Source of the DNA: Eremomyces bilateralis CBS 781.70
Lineage: Eukaryota
NCBI GenBank assembly: GCA_010015585.1
Contig: ML975165.1
DNA length: 64,000 nucleotides
Strand: one strand, 5' to 3'
Shown: in pieces, positions 1-14,228 of the stretch
Numbering within the stretch: position 1 is the first letter of the stretch
How the letters are laid out: each line of letters opens with the position of its first letter
Notes under the pieces: model-generated
Database searches by the model: none
What the model was told of the DNA's origin: nothing
What the model saw: the letters and a program-made list of their open reading frames with translations, nothing else
Translations under genes and position numbers: made by a program

Positions 1-577
1 CAGGGGGTTGCTGATGAGGTTTCATGATGGATGTACGTCGGCGAGAGCGCGAGATAGGGGGGTGCTCAGGTTGATTGTGGGTAGGAGAGGACATGTTCGG
101 GCGTGGCGATGAGAACCGTAGTTAGTGAGGATCCAAACCATATTAGCATGCTTTTGCAGCAGAGGAACGATTATAAATGCGAAACGGCCACAAGTGAAGG
201 TAGGTATGAGCAAGCGATCTCTGTTCCACGGACGAAAAACTCGATCACGTTAACAGCAAACGGTCACTGGCGATGAATCACGTATCAGAGGACACCTCGG
301 GGGAAGCAGGAAAACGACTCAGATTTTAGTACACATGTCTAGAGAGCTACGCATCTTCACCAGCCATCAACCAAACAAGAAAGGAGAGCTGTATCGACAA
401 TTGTGGTGAAAGGGAACTGGGACAATGGCACCGCAGTCCATGAGCACTCCCGTGGACTGACGGCGATGTCCACGCTGGCGCTTTGCTTGGAGAGGTGTTA
501 AGGCATATTATACATTTCCTGAGGACCGTTAGTGGTGAGCACGAACTGGGGAATATAGCACGTACCTAATCTCACAC

Positions 578-1064
578 TCATAGGAAGCTCTTGGTGAAGG
601 TGACGACGACATCCTTCAACTTGCCCTCCAACTCCTTGCTCAACGCACCCTCACGCTCAATCTGGGACAGCAGCTCGGACTCGTTGGCCTTCAAGTGGGC
701 AATGAAGTCGGACTCCCACGTGAGAATCTTCGCAACCGGGACGTTGTCCAGGTGCCCGTTGACACCGGCGTAGATCAGCGGCACCATCTCGTTGACGGCC
801 ATGGGCGAGTACTGCTTCTGCTTGAGGAGCTCGGTCAGACGCTCACCACGGCTCAGGGTCTGCTTGGTCGACGCATCCAGATCGGAACCGAACTGGGCGA
901 AGGCAGCGACCTCACGGTACTGGGCCAAGAAGAGCTTCAGCGATCCGGCGACTTGCTTCATGGCCTTGAGCTGCGCGGCGGAGCCGACACGGGACACGGA
1001 CAGACCGACGTTGATGGCCGGGCGGATACCCTTGTAGAACAACTCGGCTTCCAAGAAGATCTGG

Positions 1065-1102
<38 letters not shown>

Positions 1103-2634
1103 AGACACGTCACCACCCTGGGTCTCGATGATGGGAAGCGCAGTGAGGGAACCACCACCGTGCTTATCGTTCATCTTGGCAGCACGCTCCAGAAGTCGGG
1201 AATGGAGGTAGAAAACGCTAGGATGGTCAGTACGGTGTTATCAGACGTGACGGGACAACTTACTCGCCGGGGTAAGCCTCACGACCCGGAGGACGACGGA
1301 GCAGCAGGGACATTTGACGGTACGCGACGGCCTGCTTGGACAGATCGTCGTAGATGATGACGGCGTGGCGGCCGTTGTCACGGAACCACTCACCCATGGA
1401 GCAACCGGTGAAAGGAGCGATGTACTGCAGAGGAGCGGCTTCGGAAGCGGTGGCCGCGACGATGATGGTGTACTTCATGGCATCGTTCTCCTCCAGGGTC
1501 TTGACGAGCTGGGCAACGGTGGACCGCTTCTGACCAACGGCGACGTACACGCAGTACAGCTTCTTGGTCTCATCGGAAGTGTCGTTCCATCGCTTCTGGT
1601 TCAGCATGGCATCGAGAGCGACGGCAGTCTTTCCGGTTTGACGATCACCGATGATCAACTCACGCTGTCCACGACCGATCGGCACCATGGCGTCGATGGC
1701 CTTCAGACCTGTCTGCACGGGCTGGTTGACGGAGTGACGAGGCAAGATACCGGGAGCCTTAAGCTGAGCACGGCGCTTCTCGGAGGTGTTGAGAGGACCT
1801 TTGCCGTCGATGGGGTTACCCAGAGCATCGACGACGCGGCCAAGAAGTTCCAGACCAACGGGGACATCGACCTTTGGATACGTTAATCACAATTTTCCCA
1901 TCATCATGGCGGCAAACATACAATCTCTCCGGTACGCTTGACGGTCTCGCCTTCCTTGACCAATCGATCGGAACCGAAAAGCACCACACCGACTTGGCCG
2001 GCTTCCAAGTTCATGCACATGCCCTTGACACCGGAAGCGAACCTAACGAAGGGTCAGCGGAGAATCACGACGAAGGGAACGAGGCAACACATACTCGACC
2101 AACTCCTCGGCCTGGACATTGCGCATGCCATGGACACGGGCGATACCGTCACTGTCGCGTCTTAGCGTTGATGAAAAGCAATGGCGGTTGTATCTCCTAC
2201 CCGACGGAGAGGACACGGCCAGTCTCGGCAAGGCCAGCTTCCTCCTGAACGCCACGGATTCGCTGCTCCAAGATCGAGGAGACTTCGGTCGGGGCGGCTT
2301 TGGCATCGGTGGCGTAGCCGTTGGCGGATCTTGATGCGATGTTGAGAGCAGCCGGACCGGATCGGGTCTGTTGTGGCAGCGCCAAAACTTTTGTCAGTGA
2401 TCGGATGTCGACAGCGGACGGCGAACAGCTTCCATCAGTCGACCAACATCATTCCATCATCGATCCCAAAGCTCAATCCACGATTGATGGCTCGTAAAAG
2501 GCAACGATGATGAGAATTGAGATGCAATTGATCGAAATCGGGGACGGAAAAGGATGGGCACTTACAGCAACCCTGCCAGAGGCAGAGACAGCACCGACGG
2601 CGCGAGACGACTGTCGGAGGGCGTTCCTGAACAT
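578..2634 (-). CDS. ATP1: Mitochondrial F1 ATP synthase subunit alpha (6 exons: 2634-2566, 2367-2201, 2151-2095, 2042-1922, 1871-1264, 1217-578)
   Basis: Mitochondrial presequence [14 protein letters not shown]-loop [39 protein letters not shown]. All introns are GT-AG with branch points and the exons join in frame. Confidence 0.98.
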
Positions 2635-3256
2635 GGTGACTGTGCTCAAGAAGCTCTGATGGAAGGCTCCGCTACCAATTGAAATGAAAAGGGTAGAAAG
2701 AGGGAGGTGATGGTTGGTGTAGATGGAGCTTGGAGATGGAAGCAAAGGTTGTACTTGCTGGTCTTTCCTCGGGTTGAAGGTTTCGTCGCACCGGATGAGC
2801 TGCTGACTAAGGGGGTGAGCTCCGTGCTTTTATCGCTGCACAGAACACTGTTCCCTTAAGGGTCAACGCGAAGGTATGCCGTTATGCCATACACATTCAC
2901 AGTTCACTTTTTGAAGCATACTTAATTAAAATTTAAATCCAGGACTCCTTCCATTCGAATGAAACAAAGTAAATAATCTCATATCTTCGTTGCTAGTTAA
3001 ATTTGGAAATTGAACCTGAAGGCACTGCATGCCCAGTCTCCCACGCTCCCGTCACGTGTGCCTGGAATCCCTCTCTACCCGAGCCACGCTTCAAAGGCTT
3101 GCAGTTACATTTACATTGGAATCGTACTATGAAGTCCAAGAAGAATCAGCCATAGGGAATAGAAATGTAGCAACCGCTTAACCCCCGCCAAAAGGTGTCG
3201 CACGCTTGCACAACTCAAGTCCTTCCTCTCACCAGCCACCATATCAACAGCTCGCC

Positions 3257-4007
3257 TCAGTTCTTCGTCCCATTCGCCGCCCCCTCCGCCTTCCCCCCCT
3301 GCTTCGACTCCCGAAACTTCTTGATCTCCTTCTCCACCGCCTTCTCGAGCCTTGCCTTAAGCTCTGGCCGGTACCCGAAGAAGAACAGGATCTCGAACCA
3401 CACGAAGAACGGCGCCAGGAAGAGCGCCTGCACGAGGTTGTCGAGGAGCGCAGGCGCCCGGCCCTCGAACGCGCCGTGGCCGACGAACTGGGCGAGCCAG
3501 GAGACGACGTGGACGCCGAGGGCGAGGTAGTTCGCGGTCATGCCGTAGGCTTTGGTGAGGTGGTTGGCGTAGGCGGTGCCGCCTAGCAGCAGGGGAGCGA
3601 GGAGGCTTCCTGCGACCGGTTCCATTAGGATGTATAGGCCCGAGTATAGAACGGCGGCGACGGTTCCGGCGTTGAGGGGGAAGGTTTCGGAAGAAAGGTA
3701 AGGTGGTAGGGGAATCGAGGGAGAGTTGGTGCCCTGTCCAGTTAGAATCATGTTGAGATAGAGATAGAGATATACCATACGAAGAGGAAGGCCGTCAACA
3801 AGATCGCCGGTACGCAGGTGATATGGATTCCGACATTGACCTGTTCGTCAGTCAATACTGAGGCCCGAAACGGGATATCGAATGCGAGTTGGCCTCACTG
3901 GATTATGATGGTAAGCACCATACTACGCTCTGTTAGAACACGATCTCCAAACATCATGGTACAATCATCCATACGAAAAGAAGCTGTTTCTCCAGATTGA
4001 GTGCCAT
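3257..4007 (-). CDS. MPO1: Mpo1/DUF962 (YGL010w-like) ER membrane protein, putative 2-hydroxy fatty acid dioxygenase (4 exons: 4007-3975, 3922-3899, 3840-3781, 3733-3257)
   Basis: Spliced N-terminus MALNLEKQLLFYGAYHHNPVNVGIHITCVP; family motif WLAQFVGHGAFEGRAPALLDNLVQAL. Confidence 0.88.
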
Positions 4008-4830
4008 GGTGCCGTCAAGCCCACGCTGGAGATGTCGACCACGCGGGAGTGTTGGTAGGTACAAGTGAATGCCCTGGAGGAATGACGGCGGTTTCTACGC
4101 GCCCATAATAGAACTGTGGAGGGGTCCGAACACTTTGGCGGAATTGAGATATAGAAAGGAACGAGTGATATACGGATGATGCCGGCCGAAGGTTCCACGG
4201 TGTCTGCACTCTTAACGCTTACAAGCCGCGGTGTTCGATTCACATGACAGATGGAGAGACGGGCAGCTTATCTGACTTTCCTGTCCCTTGCGCTTTCCCT
4301 TGCAAGCACGCGAATCATGCGGTTGGGGGTGAAAAGGATTTCGGCCTTGTGGCCTTGTAGCCTGAGCGCATGTCTGTCAACCACCATCGATAGCACAAGC
4401 AGAACATGCATCGCAGGATGCGTACTGGTAGTGTCTGGACATTTTCGACGCATCCGCCCACCCATATCCACACATTTCGGAGACGGAACGTTGGCCGCTA
4501 CTATTTGCTACACTCATTTGATCGATTTGGACCGCGAAGAAAGGAATTCCTCCCTTGTGTGGGCGTGGATCCGCCTCGTTCGACTCCATTGCGTCCGCCA
4601 CGAGTAAACACCCAGCACCTTAGACGATATCTCTATTGACATACGCTCCGAAGCGAAGACACCAACATCGATACCCGGAGTTGTAGGATATCCATCCGTC
4701 TATCTCCTCCCAGGATCCGCGAAGAGCGCTTCCGAGGCGCACGCCTCGCCGGAGTGCCCTGCGTTCTTCCTCCACCCCACCCGACCTCTCGCTCTATCGA
4801 ACGTGACGATTCGTCCTCCCCCCTTTCACA

Positions 4831-5548
4831 ATGTTCTTCATCCACGACATGGAGCGCACGATCACGCTCCACCCGTCATACATGGGCCCGCACGTGAAAG
4901 ACATCCTCCTCCACCGCCTGCACGCGGACGTCGAGGGCGCCAACATGGGGAACTTCTACGTGGTGTTGATCATGGATACGGGGTATGAGGTATCGGAGGG
5001 GCGGATCATGCCGGGGACGGGGTTCGCGGAGTACACGGTGCATTACCGGGCGGTGGTGTGGCGGCCATTCAGAGGAGAGATCGTCGGTATGTTGGCTGGG
5101 AGCGAAACCGTGGAGAACAAGGTTAACGAAGCGCAGATGGGGTGGTGAACTCGGTCGTTGACGGCGGATTCTTCGTCAACGTCGGCCCGCTGAGTGTATT
5201 CGTCGCGAAGAGTGTAGGTGGACATGGACCCGGCGCCCCGGATATGGAGCTGACCGTCGACAGATGATCCCCGGCGAAATCAAATTCGACGGCAACGCCA
5301 CGCCGCCGCAGTGGACGGACAACGGCGACCAGATCATCGAGAAGGATACCAAGATCCGCATCAAGATCAAGGGTCTGCGGGTGGAGATGGGTACCATGTA
5401 TGCGATCGCGACGATCAAAGAGGTACGCACTCCCTATGTTCTGTGTTTGAAGTAAAACTGACTTATGCGATCTAGGATTATCTTGGGTAAGACGGAATGT
5501 GTTCGACTGCGCGTGTCATTGCTAACTTCCTCTAGACCTCTACCTTGA
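4831..5548 (+). CDS. RPB7: RNA polymerase II subunit Rpb7 (5 exons, including an 11-nt micro-exon GATTATCTTGG)
   Basis: MFFIHDMERTITLHPSYMGP...VVWRPFRGEIVDGVV...GFFVNVGPLSVFV...AIATIKEDYLGPLP*, matching Rpb7 N- and C-terminal signatures. Confidence 0.95.
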
Positions 5549-6209
5549 GTGGCTGGAAAGACCCTACAAAGTTGATACCCGCACAAGCGCGAAGGAAACC
5601 CACGTTCGGAGGGTTGGAACCCCCACGTTTAAAGCAGGAAGAAAAGGAAGAAAAGCCAACCGTTGGAAACATAGCCGGAAGCGAAAAAGTGCTTTGTGAT
5701 GCTCAGTTCATACTGGGAGAGGCTGGACAGCAGGCCTCCCTTGAGGAGTGCAAGGCAGGGAGGTTGTTACGATGAAGCAATAAATGCAGCTTCAGGAGGA
5801 AGAGGATGCTTCACACTAGCTCTATTGAGATCAAAGAGCCGTTTGAACAATTCAACAAATGAGGACCAAATCTTCTTCTACGCCTTGTATTCAGTGCATG
5901 AATTGTTTCAGTTTCCGTACGTATTATGCATTTATGTCTCATGCGGAATATGAAATATCCCGGAAATGGGGACCAATAGGAAGGCCAAACAGAGAACCCT
6001 CCCCATTGGCCGGTCTTCGGTATATTGATTGTTGCCATCTATTCCCACATGCCGACAACTAGACACATCTCGAACTACGATTAAAAGCAGGATATCCATA
6101 AAACATCTAAGCGTTGTTCTTGTCGTTCGCTCCATCTGCTTTGCTATATACCTCCCATACAGCATGTTGTGAAGCCCACTACACACCACATCCTCCGCAG
6201 TCCGCAACC

Positions 6210-8998
6210 ATGGGTCGAGACGACGAGCTCGAGGAGACCAAGCCATTACGGCAGGACTCCGACGACGGCATCTCCCCTCGCCCCTCCACCTCGACCATCT
6301 CCACCACCTCTCTCGTCTTCGACCACCTCGACTCCTCTTCTCGCAAACACCCCCATCCAGCCCGCTACACCGACGACGATCCCAACGACCACCACAAGCT
6401 CCCCTCCCCCCTCCAGATCGAAGACGCCGCCTCATATCCCATCACCCCCGTCTCCCGCTCCTCCAAGCGTTGGCTCTGGCTCATCGGCTCCCTCGCCTGT
6501 GCCGGCTGGCTCGTCGCGCTCGCCGTGCTCCTCCACCGCGGCGACTACTTCCACGCGGCGCACCCCCGCCCGCACGACCCCGAGGCGACGAAGACCGTGC
6601 GCATCGGGAAGAAGGTCACGCTGGACCAGGTGCTAGGGGGCACATGGAGGGCGCGGCGGCACGAGATTAGCTGGATCGAAGGGGCCGAGGGGGAGGATGG
6701 GTTGTTGTTGGAGCAGGGGGGGACGGGAGGGCGGGATTATTTGGTGGTGGAGGATGTGCGGAGGAGGAATGAGACTAAGACCGCGCTGATGAAGAATGGG
6801 GGTTTTTTCGTGGGAGAGCATTGGGTGCAGCCCGGGAAGGTGTGGCCGAGTCCGGATTTGACGAAGGTGTTGGTGGCGAGCGATCGGGAGCAGAATTGGA
6901 GGCATAGCTTCACGGGGCTGTATTGGATCTTCGACGTCGCGAGCCAGACGGGCGAGCCGCTGGATCCGGCGAATCCCACGGCCCGGATCCAGTTGGCGCA
7001 GTGGGCGCCGACGAGCCGCGCGGTGTCGTTCACGAGGGACAATAACCTGTATATCCGGCCGATTCGGATGCAGGAGGCATATAAGATCACGGAAGACGGG
7101 GGTCCGGAGACGTTCAACGGCGTCCCCGATTGGGTCTATGAAGAGGAGGTGTTCGCCGGCAACAGCGCGACCTGGTGGTCTGAAGATGGCAAATACATCG
7201 CGTTCCTCCGCACCGACGAGTCCCAGGTTCCGACGTATCCCATCCAGTACTTCGTTTCGCGGCCGAGCGGCGAGCAGCCCGAGCCCGGGCTGGAGAACTA
7301 CCCGGAGGTGCGCCACATCAAGTATCCGAAAGCGGGGGCGCCGAACCCGGTGGTCCAGCTGCGATTCTTCAGCGTCACTGAGAATCGCGTGTTCAACATC
7401 GACGTGCCGGATGACTTCGCCGACGACGATCGGTTGATCACCGAGGTCGTGTGGGCGGGGCGCAGTGGGAAGGTGCTGGTCCGCGAAACCAACCGGGAGA
7501 GCGACCTGCTGAAAGTGGTGCTCATGGACGTCGACCGCCGGACGGGGAAGACGGTGCGGACGGAAGATGTCAATGCCTTGGATGGCGGCTGGATGGAAGT
7601 ATCGCAAGAGACGACGTTCATCCCCGGTGATCCGCGTAGAGGCCGGAACCACGACGGGTACATCGACACCGTCATCGTCGATGGGTTCGATCATCTGGGC
7701 TATTTCAGTCCCGTGGACAGCGCGGAACCGGTCCTGCTGACCAAAGGAGCATGGGAAGTGGTCAAGGCCCCGTCGGCCATCGACCTGAAAAACAACTTCA
7801 TCTATTTCGTCGCCACTAAAGACGGCTCCATCGAACGCCACGTCTACAAAGTCAAGCTCGACGGCACCGGCCTCGAGCCCCTGACTGACGTGAGCAAAGA
7901 CGGATACTACTCCGTTTCCTTCTCCTCCGGTGCCGGATACGCCCTGCTCTCCTACGATGGACCCGGCATCCCGTGGCAGAAAGTGATCAGCACGCCGAGC
8001 ACCCACGAGCAGTTCGATGCCACCATCGAAGAAAACAAACAGCTCGCCACCTTCGCCGCGAAGCACGAGCTGCCCATCTACAACTACCAGACCATCACCA
8101 TCGACGGCGTCGAGCTCAACCTGTTGGAACGCCGCCCCCCGCACTTCAACGAGAAAAAGAAATACCCTGTCCTCTTCTGGATGTACCAAGGCCCCGGCTC
8201 GCAGACCGTCGACAAGAAATTCAACGTCGACTTCCAATCCTACGTCGCCTCCAACCTAGGCTACATCGTCGTGACCCTCGACGGCCGCGGCACCGGGTAC
8301 CTCGGCCGCGATGTCCGCTGCGCCACGCGCGGGAATATCGGGTATCTCGAGTCGTTCGACCAGATCGCTGCGGCGAAGATGTGGGCAAAGAAGAAATACG
8401 TGGATTCCGAGAAGATGGCGATCTGGGGATGGTCGTACGGCGGGTTCATGGCGCTCAAGACGCTGGAGCGCGACGCGGGAGAGACGTTTAAGTACGGGAT
8501 GGCGGTGGCGCCGGTGACGGACTGGCGGTATTATGATAGTATCTATACCGAGCGGTACATGCACACGCCACAGCACAATCCGGGAGGGTACATGAACGCG
8601 ACCGTCGCGGACGTCGATCGGCTAGGGAGAAATGTGCGGTTTTTGATCATGCATGGCGTGGCGGACGATAATGTGCACATGCAGAGCACGTTGACGCTGC
8701 TGGATCGGTTGGATTTGAGGGGGGTGGAGAATTATGATATGCATATGTTTCCGGATTCGAATCATGGGATTTACTTCCATAATGCGAATCGGATTGTATA
8801 CGATAGTGAGTACTCATTTCCTGAGAGGATAGGGGTTGCATGATACTGACGGACACAGAGCTGAATAACTGGCTTATCAATGCGTTCAATGGAGTGTGGT
8901 TAAAGACGGCAAACCCTACTCCGGTTGCACTCGAGGAGAAGAGGAAGGAAAGAAGGCAGCTACTCGATCACGCACGGGCGGCGGGGGTTTTGGATTGA
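6210..8998 (+). CDS. DAP2: Membrane-anchored dipeptidyl aminopeptidase B / DPP-IV (peptidase S9B); intron 8806-8858
   Basis: N-terminal transmembrane segment (WLWLIGSLACAGWLVALAVLL); DWVYEEE motif; catalytic GWSYGG; DDNVH and DSNH elements of the catalytic triad. Confidence 0.95.
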
Positions 8999-9090
8999 CA
9001 TGGAGACCCTCTGTTTGATGGTTCATAAATGCTGCATTGAAGGCGTTGGCAAGTCGCTTTATAGCGCTGGAAAGGCGTTAAAGCCAATAT

Positions 9091-10297
9091 TTATCCTTGT
9101 ACCCTGAAGGTACGGCCACTGGCCGTCTTGCGTTCCTTCTCTTCGTTCTCCGGTCGAGCGCGGCGAAGCACTGAGATTTGTTAGCTTCGTGTGTATAAGC
9201 GGACAATGAGAGCATACCTTGAAGGAAGTCGGCCGTTCTTCTTCTCATCCGCGAGTGGATGTAGGCTTTTGATGCTTTGATGTGGTAGTGGAAGTAGTCA
9301 CGGAAGGTTTGGATGTGAGAAATGACCTCTTCTCGTCGTTGCTTGGTCAGATGTCGTGGGAAGAGAACTGGGGTCGGTTAGCTACAGTGAGGAGACAGGT
9401 TAGGGGATATTTACCAAACGTGATGTACCCAACCTCGCCAGTATCAGGATGCCTAAAACCGGGAACATTCTGGAGCTCGAGTGGAGGGTCGTGCCTGAAG
9501 AGGACCTGAGGCGCATTTTGTATCGCTCGCCGTCTCGCATCCACGAATTCCTGAAACTGTTAGCATACGTACATGATTGCATTCGGAGTACCCACCTGGA
9601 GGAACACTTTGCCAAACACCCGATCTGTCTCCTCCCGGAAAACAGTACTGAATATGACGGTCACCCGGTCATGGCTGGCCTGGATGTAGATGGCTTCTTC
9701 CTCCCGGTAGTGGATGGCGCGGATTTCTCCTCCTTCTTGAATGCCCTGCGGAGCCGATTCGGAGGTGAATTTTGACGCTTCTTCGTGCAATTGCGCGTAT
9801 TCATCGAATGCTTGCTCGAACGGTGCTGCCATGGCGTTCCGCTTCATCAATGATAGTCGCCGAATGAGGTCATCTCGCGACTCTGCGGCGTGCTCTATTA
9901 GCTCGACATCTCGCCAGATATACGACTAGGGTAATCGAACCTTGATCAGCGGGGAGGTTGTCTAAATCCACTTGGACCGAGAAATCATAACCCGACTCCG
10001 GGGCGACAATATACGGGCCATATTCCCGCTCCAGTACCTGTTGAGCCCCATACCGAACCAGGTCCTGGAAGCACTTTATTGATATGGAAATGAGGATCTT
10101 CGACTTCGATTCCTGGGTCGAGATGTGGAAAGTGACATTGTCGAAGTCGGAGACCACTTGATCGATCGAAGTGGGAGCGGCACTGGCATGGCGTTAGGCG
10201 GACTACGAGGTCATCTGGGGATCGTGGATACCGACCCGCTGAAGCGGTCCTTGAGTAGAGACTCAATCAGGACATTTTGATAGTCTAGGAGGAGCAT
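9091..10297 (-). CDS. ARC35: Arp2/3 complex 34 kDa subunit (ARPC2), about 6 exons
   Basis: [11 protein letters not shown]...[74 protein letters not shown]; ends [14 protein letters not shown]. Confidence 0.95.
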
Positions 10298-10588
10298 GGT
10301 GTCGGAATTATTGCTAGACCACCTTGTCCTGAGTAGAGAATGCGGCGTTATGTAGAGGTAGTTTCAACTGTACTGTGTAGAGGGGTTGATGGAACGGAAG
10401 GAGAACCATACGTCGGACAACAGCAACAATTCTTAGTGCCTTGTGGCCTAAATGCCTGAGTGGCTGTGCAGATTGTGGGGCGCCAAGATTTCGACGTGAG
10501 TAGCACCCCTGTCATGTCAAGATCCATATCAAAATTATTATGCGCTGCGACAACCCGATTATTTTCATCCGCGTGTAAATATCCGACC

Positions 10589-13514
10589 ATGGTGAAATCC
10601 TATACGAAGTATGAGCAATCCAATGCCTTCGGCGTAGTCACCTCCGGCTCGTCGAACATCGTCTGGAGTGCGGACGAGTCGGCGCAGAACCGCAATGGGT
10701 TGCAGACGAGTACGGGCCTCACCTTCGTGGGGGCGAATGAAGATGTTCTTTGCTGGGACTTGAAGAAAGGCGATCTGATTTCCAGATGGCATGATAGCGG
10801 ATGCAAGAGCGAGGTTACGGTGATTGCGCAGAGCAAAACGGATAAAGATATATTCGCTGTGGGGTGAGTACTCCGACTCGATCGCAACATTGAAGAGTAT
10901 TGACTAGTGCAGGTACGACGATGGCAGTATACGATTATGGGACTCGAGAATGGGCTCGCAGCTGATCACATTCAATGGCCATAAATCAGCAGTTACCTCA
11001 CTCGCCTTCGATCTGTCAGGGGTTCGGCTAGCGAGTGGTTCCAAAGATACTGATATTATAATTTGGGATCTGGTGGCTGAAACCGGGGCTTTCAAGTTGC
11101 GAGGTCATAAGGACCAAGTCGTCTCATTGCATTTCATTATCCCGAAAGCTTCTGCAGACGAAGAGGAGGACCAGGCTGCACTCAATGACGATGCGACTGG
11201 CGGGTACATATTATCTGCCAGCAAGGACGCGCTGATCAAGCTATGGGACCTCTCTTCTCAACACTGCATCGAGACTCATGTCTCACAATCGAATGGAGGA
11301 TGTTCCGCTATGGGACTATCAGCGGACGGCAACGCATGCATCACCGCGGGGAGTGAAGGCGAACTCAAAGTCTGGTTGATCGATCAAGCCGGGCTCCGAG
11401 AAGCGTCACGAAATGTCCAAGACTCGACCGGGAAGAGTTTCATCCATGATCGAGGTACCTTGAGACGGTACGAGAAGGACCGCGCCGTCGGTGTGAGCTT
11501 CCATCCTCGGTCGAACTATATCGCCATCCACGGCTCGGAGAAGGCAGTCGAGATATGGAGGATGAGGTCCGAAGAAGAGGTGATCAAGGTGCTGGCGAGG
11601 AAGAGACGGCGAGCTCGGGAGAAGGCTCTGGTCGAAGGAAAAGAGGAAGATGCCTTGAAAGATGTGGCCACCGCCCAATTGACCGATCTATTTGTTCTGC
11701 ATGTCATCGTCCGGCCGTCCGGCAAAGTTCGATCATGCGACTGGATGAACGTCCGCTCTTCGAACGCCATCCAACTAGCCGTTGCCACCCGAAATAACCT
11801 AGTGGAAACGTTCTCAATATCCACGAAGGAGAAATCAAAAAAAGGCAAGACGGAAGACGAGCCGAATTACGATCGCACGCATTCCGTGGATCTGCCGGGT
11901 CATCGCGCAGATGTGCGCGCGCTGACATTAAGCTCGGACGATCGCATGCTCGCATCGGCGTCGAATGGTGGACTGAAGATTTGGAATGTCCAGACGCGAA
12001 ATTGTCTGCGGACGCTCGAGTGCGGATACGCGCTTTGCGCCGCGTTCCTTCCTGGCGACAAGATTGTGGTGGTGGGGACGAAATCCGGCGAACTGGAGCT
12101 CTTCGACATCGCCACGGCGACCCTGATTGAGAGATTCCAGGGCCATGAAAACGCGGTCTGGACGTTGCAGGTGCACCCAGATGGACGGTCACTGGTCACC
12201 GGGGGTGCCGATAAAACCGCCAAATTCTGGAACTTTGAAATCGTGCAGGAGGAGATCCCCGGCACTCGACGCACGACGCCGCGCCTTAAATTAGTCCACA
12301 AACGAACGCTGAAGGTCAACGATGACGTTCTGAGCGTCCGCTTCACACCCGATGCCCGGTTACTGGCTGTCGCGACGCTGGACAACACCGTCAAAGTCTT
12401 CTTCGTCGATTCCCTCAAGCTCTTCCTCACCCTCTACGGCCACAAGCTCCCCGTCCTCAATATGTCCATCTCCTCCGATAGCAAGATCATCGCCACCTGC
12501 AGCGCTGACAAGAACGTCCGCCTCTGGGGCCTCGACTTCGGCGACTGCCACAAGGCCTTCTTCGCGCACAACGACAGCATCCTGAACGTCGCCTTCATCC
12601 CGCACCCGGTCTCCAAGGAAGACGCCCACTTCTTCTTTAGCGCCAGCAAGGACCGCCTGATCAAAACATGGGACGGTGACAAGTTCGAGCACGTCCAGAA
12701 ACTCGACGGCCACGCCGGCGAGATCTGGGCCATGGCCGTCAGCCGCACCGGCGACTTCCTCGTCACCGCCTCCCACGACAAGAGCCTCCGCATCTGGTCC
12801 CAGTCCGACGAACCCATCTTCCTCGAGGAAGAGCGCGAGAAGGAACTCGAGGACCTCTATGAATCCACCCTCGAGGCCAACCTCGCCGACGACGTCGACG
12901 GTGACGCTGGCGACAAATCCGAGGTCGCGGCTGCGTCCAAACAGACCGTCGCGACGCTCACCGCCGGCGAGCGCATCGCGGAGGCGCTCGAATTGGGGTA
13001 CGCGGACCTGCAGCTGGTGAACGAATGGACGGCGCAGAAGGCCACGAACCCGAAGCTCGCGCCGCCGGCGCGCGACCCACTGTTCCTCGCGCTGAACCAA
13101 ATCTCGGCGGAGAAGCACGTGCTGAACACGATCATGCGGATCCCGGCAGCGCAGCTGCAGGACGCGCTACTCGTGCTCCCGTTCGCGACGGTGGGGCCTT
13201 TGTTCACGTTCGTGGGGATCTGGCTGCGGCGGCAGTGGGCGACGGGGATAGCTTGCCGGGTGCTGTTCTTCATGCTGCGGACGCATCAGCGGCAGGTGGT
13301 GGCGAGTCGGGAGCTGAAGGGGATGTTGGAGGCGATGCGGGGGGATTTGGGGCGGACGTTGGGGATCGCGAAGGATGTGATGGGATTTAATCGGGCGGCG
13401 TTGGGGTTTGTGGCGGAGAGGGTGAGGGAAAAGGGGGAGCGGCGGATTGAGGATGTAGAGGCAGCGGATGAGAGTAAGGGGAGGAGGAAGCGGGCGTTTG
13501 TGGACGTGGGGTGA
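10589..13514 (+). CDS. UTP12: U3 snoRNP/SSU processome WD40 protein Utp12/Dip2 (one intron, about 10864-10912)
   Basis: MVKSYTKYE start; many WD40 repeats; LYGHKLPVL and WGLDFGDCHK motifs; C-terminal Utp12 domain (LQDALLVLPF). Confidence 0.95.
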
Positions 13515-14228
13515 ACGAGGCGGATGGAAAAGCAGGGACGGCGAATGGAGCATGGGTTCATGGGATTGTCGTGTTGGATATTGGGAATTCGTATTTTTCA
13601 ATGTGAACTAAGTGGAAGGATCTACTCCATTAACTACCTACTGAACACCCCTCCGGCCAGAGCAACACCGTGAAGCATGAGCACTCCAGCCGACGCGAAC
13701 CACGAACCGAACCGGTATCTTTGTAATTAATTAACAAAATCCATGGACCGCACCCTCGCCACCGCCCTTCCGCATGCAACGGCCGCAGTTGGTCGACGGT
13801 TGCGGGACCGCGTGGAGAAAAAAGCCGATCTCGAAAGATCCGAAGCAAAATACAATCTGGTATCTTCAGCGCTGAAGGGGAGAAAAAAGAACGGGATAAG
13901 AAGTACAGGCAGGGACAGCGAGGAATGGCGAACAGCAAGTGAAGCCCGCCGCGGATGGTCGAAACAAAGGGGGAATGAGAAGGTGAACTGAAGCGAACGA
14001 CGGGGTCATTGAGAGCGTAAACAACGGCGACTGGAAAGCCTGGGGGTCCATCCGTAACATTTTGTACCGGGAAAAGAAGGAAACTCATGGAACGTTCGGC
14101 GGTGACGTCGATGGAAAAGTATGGGGGAGACCAATAATCATAGCCGACCGACCATCTCATCCTGTAATTTCGTTAGTCCTCAAACTCCTTCCCAAACCAT
14201 AAACAGAGCCAAGCTCACTCACCTCCAT

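Noticed and set aside
695..1886. Plus-strand ORFs (695-1357, 1314-1886) opposite ATP1
   Set aside because: Shadow ORFs of a highly biased gene, broken at ATP1 intron positions.
6633..8237. 534-aa antisense ORF opposite DAP2
   Set aside because: Codon-aligned shadow of a gene with strong codon bias; no recognisable domain.
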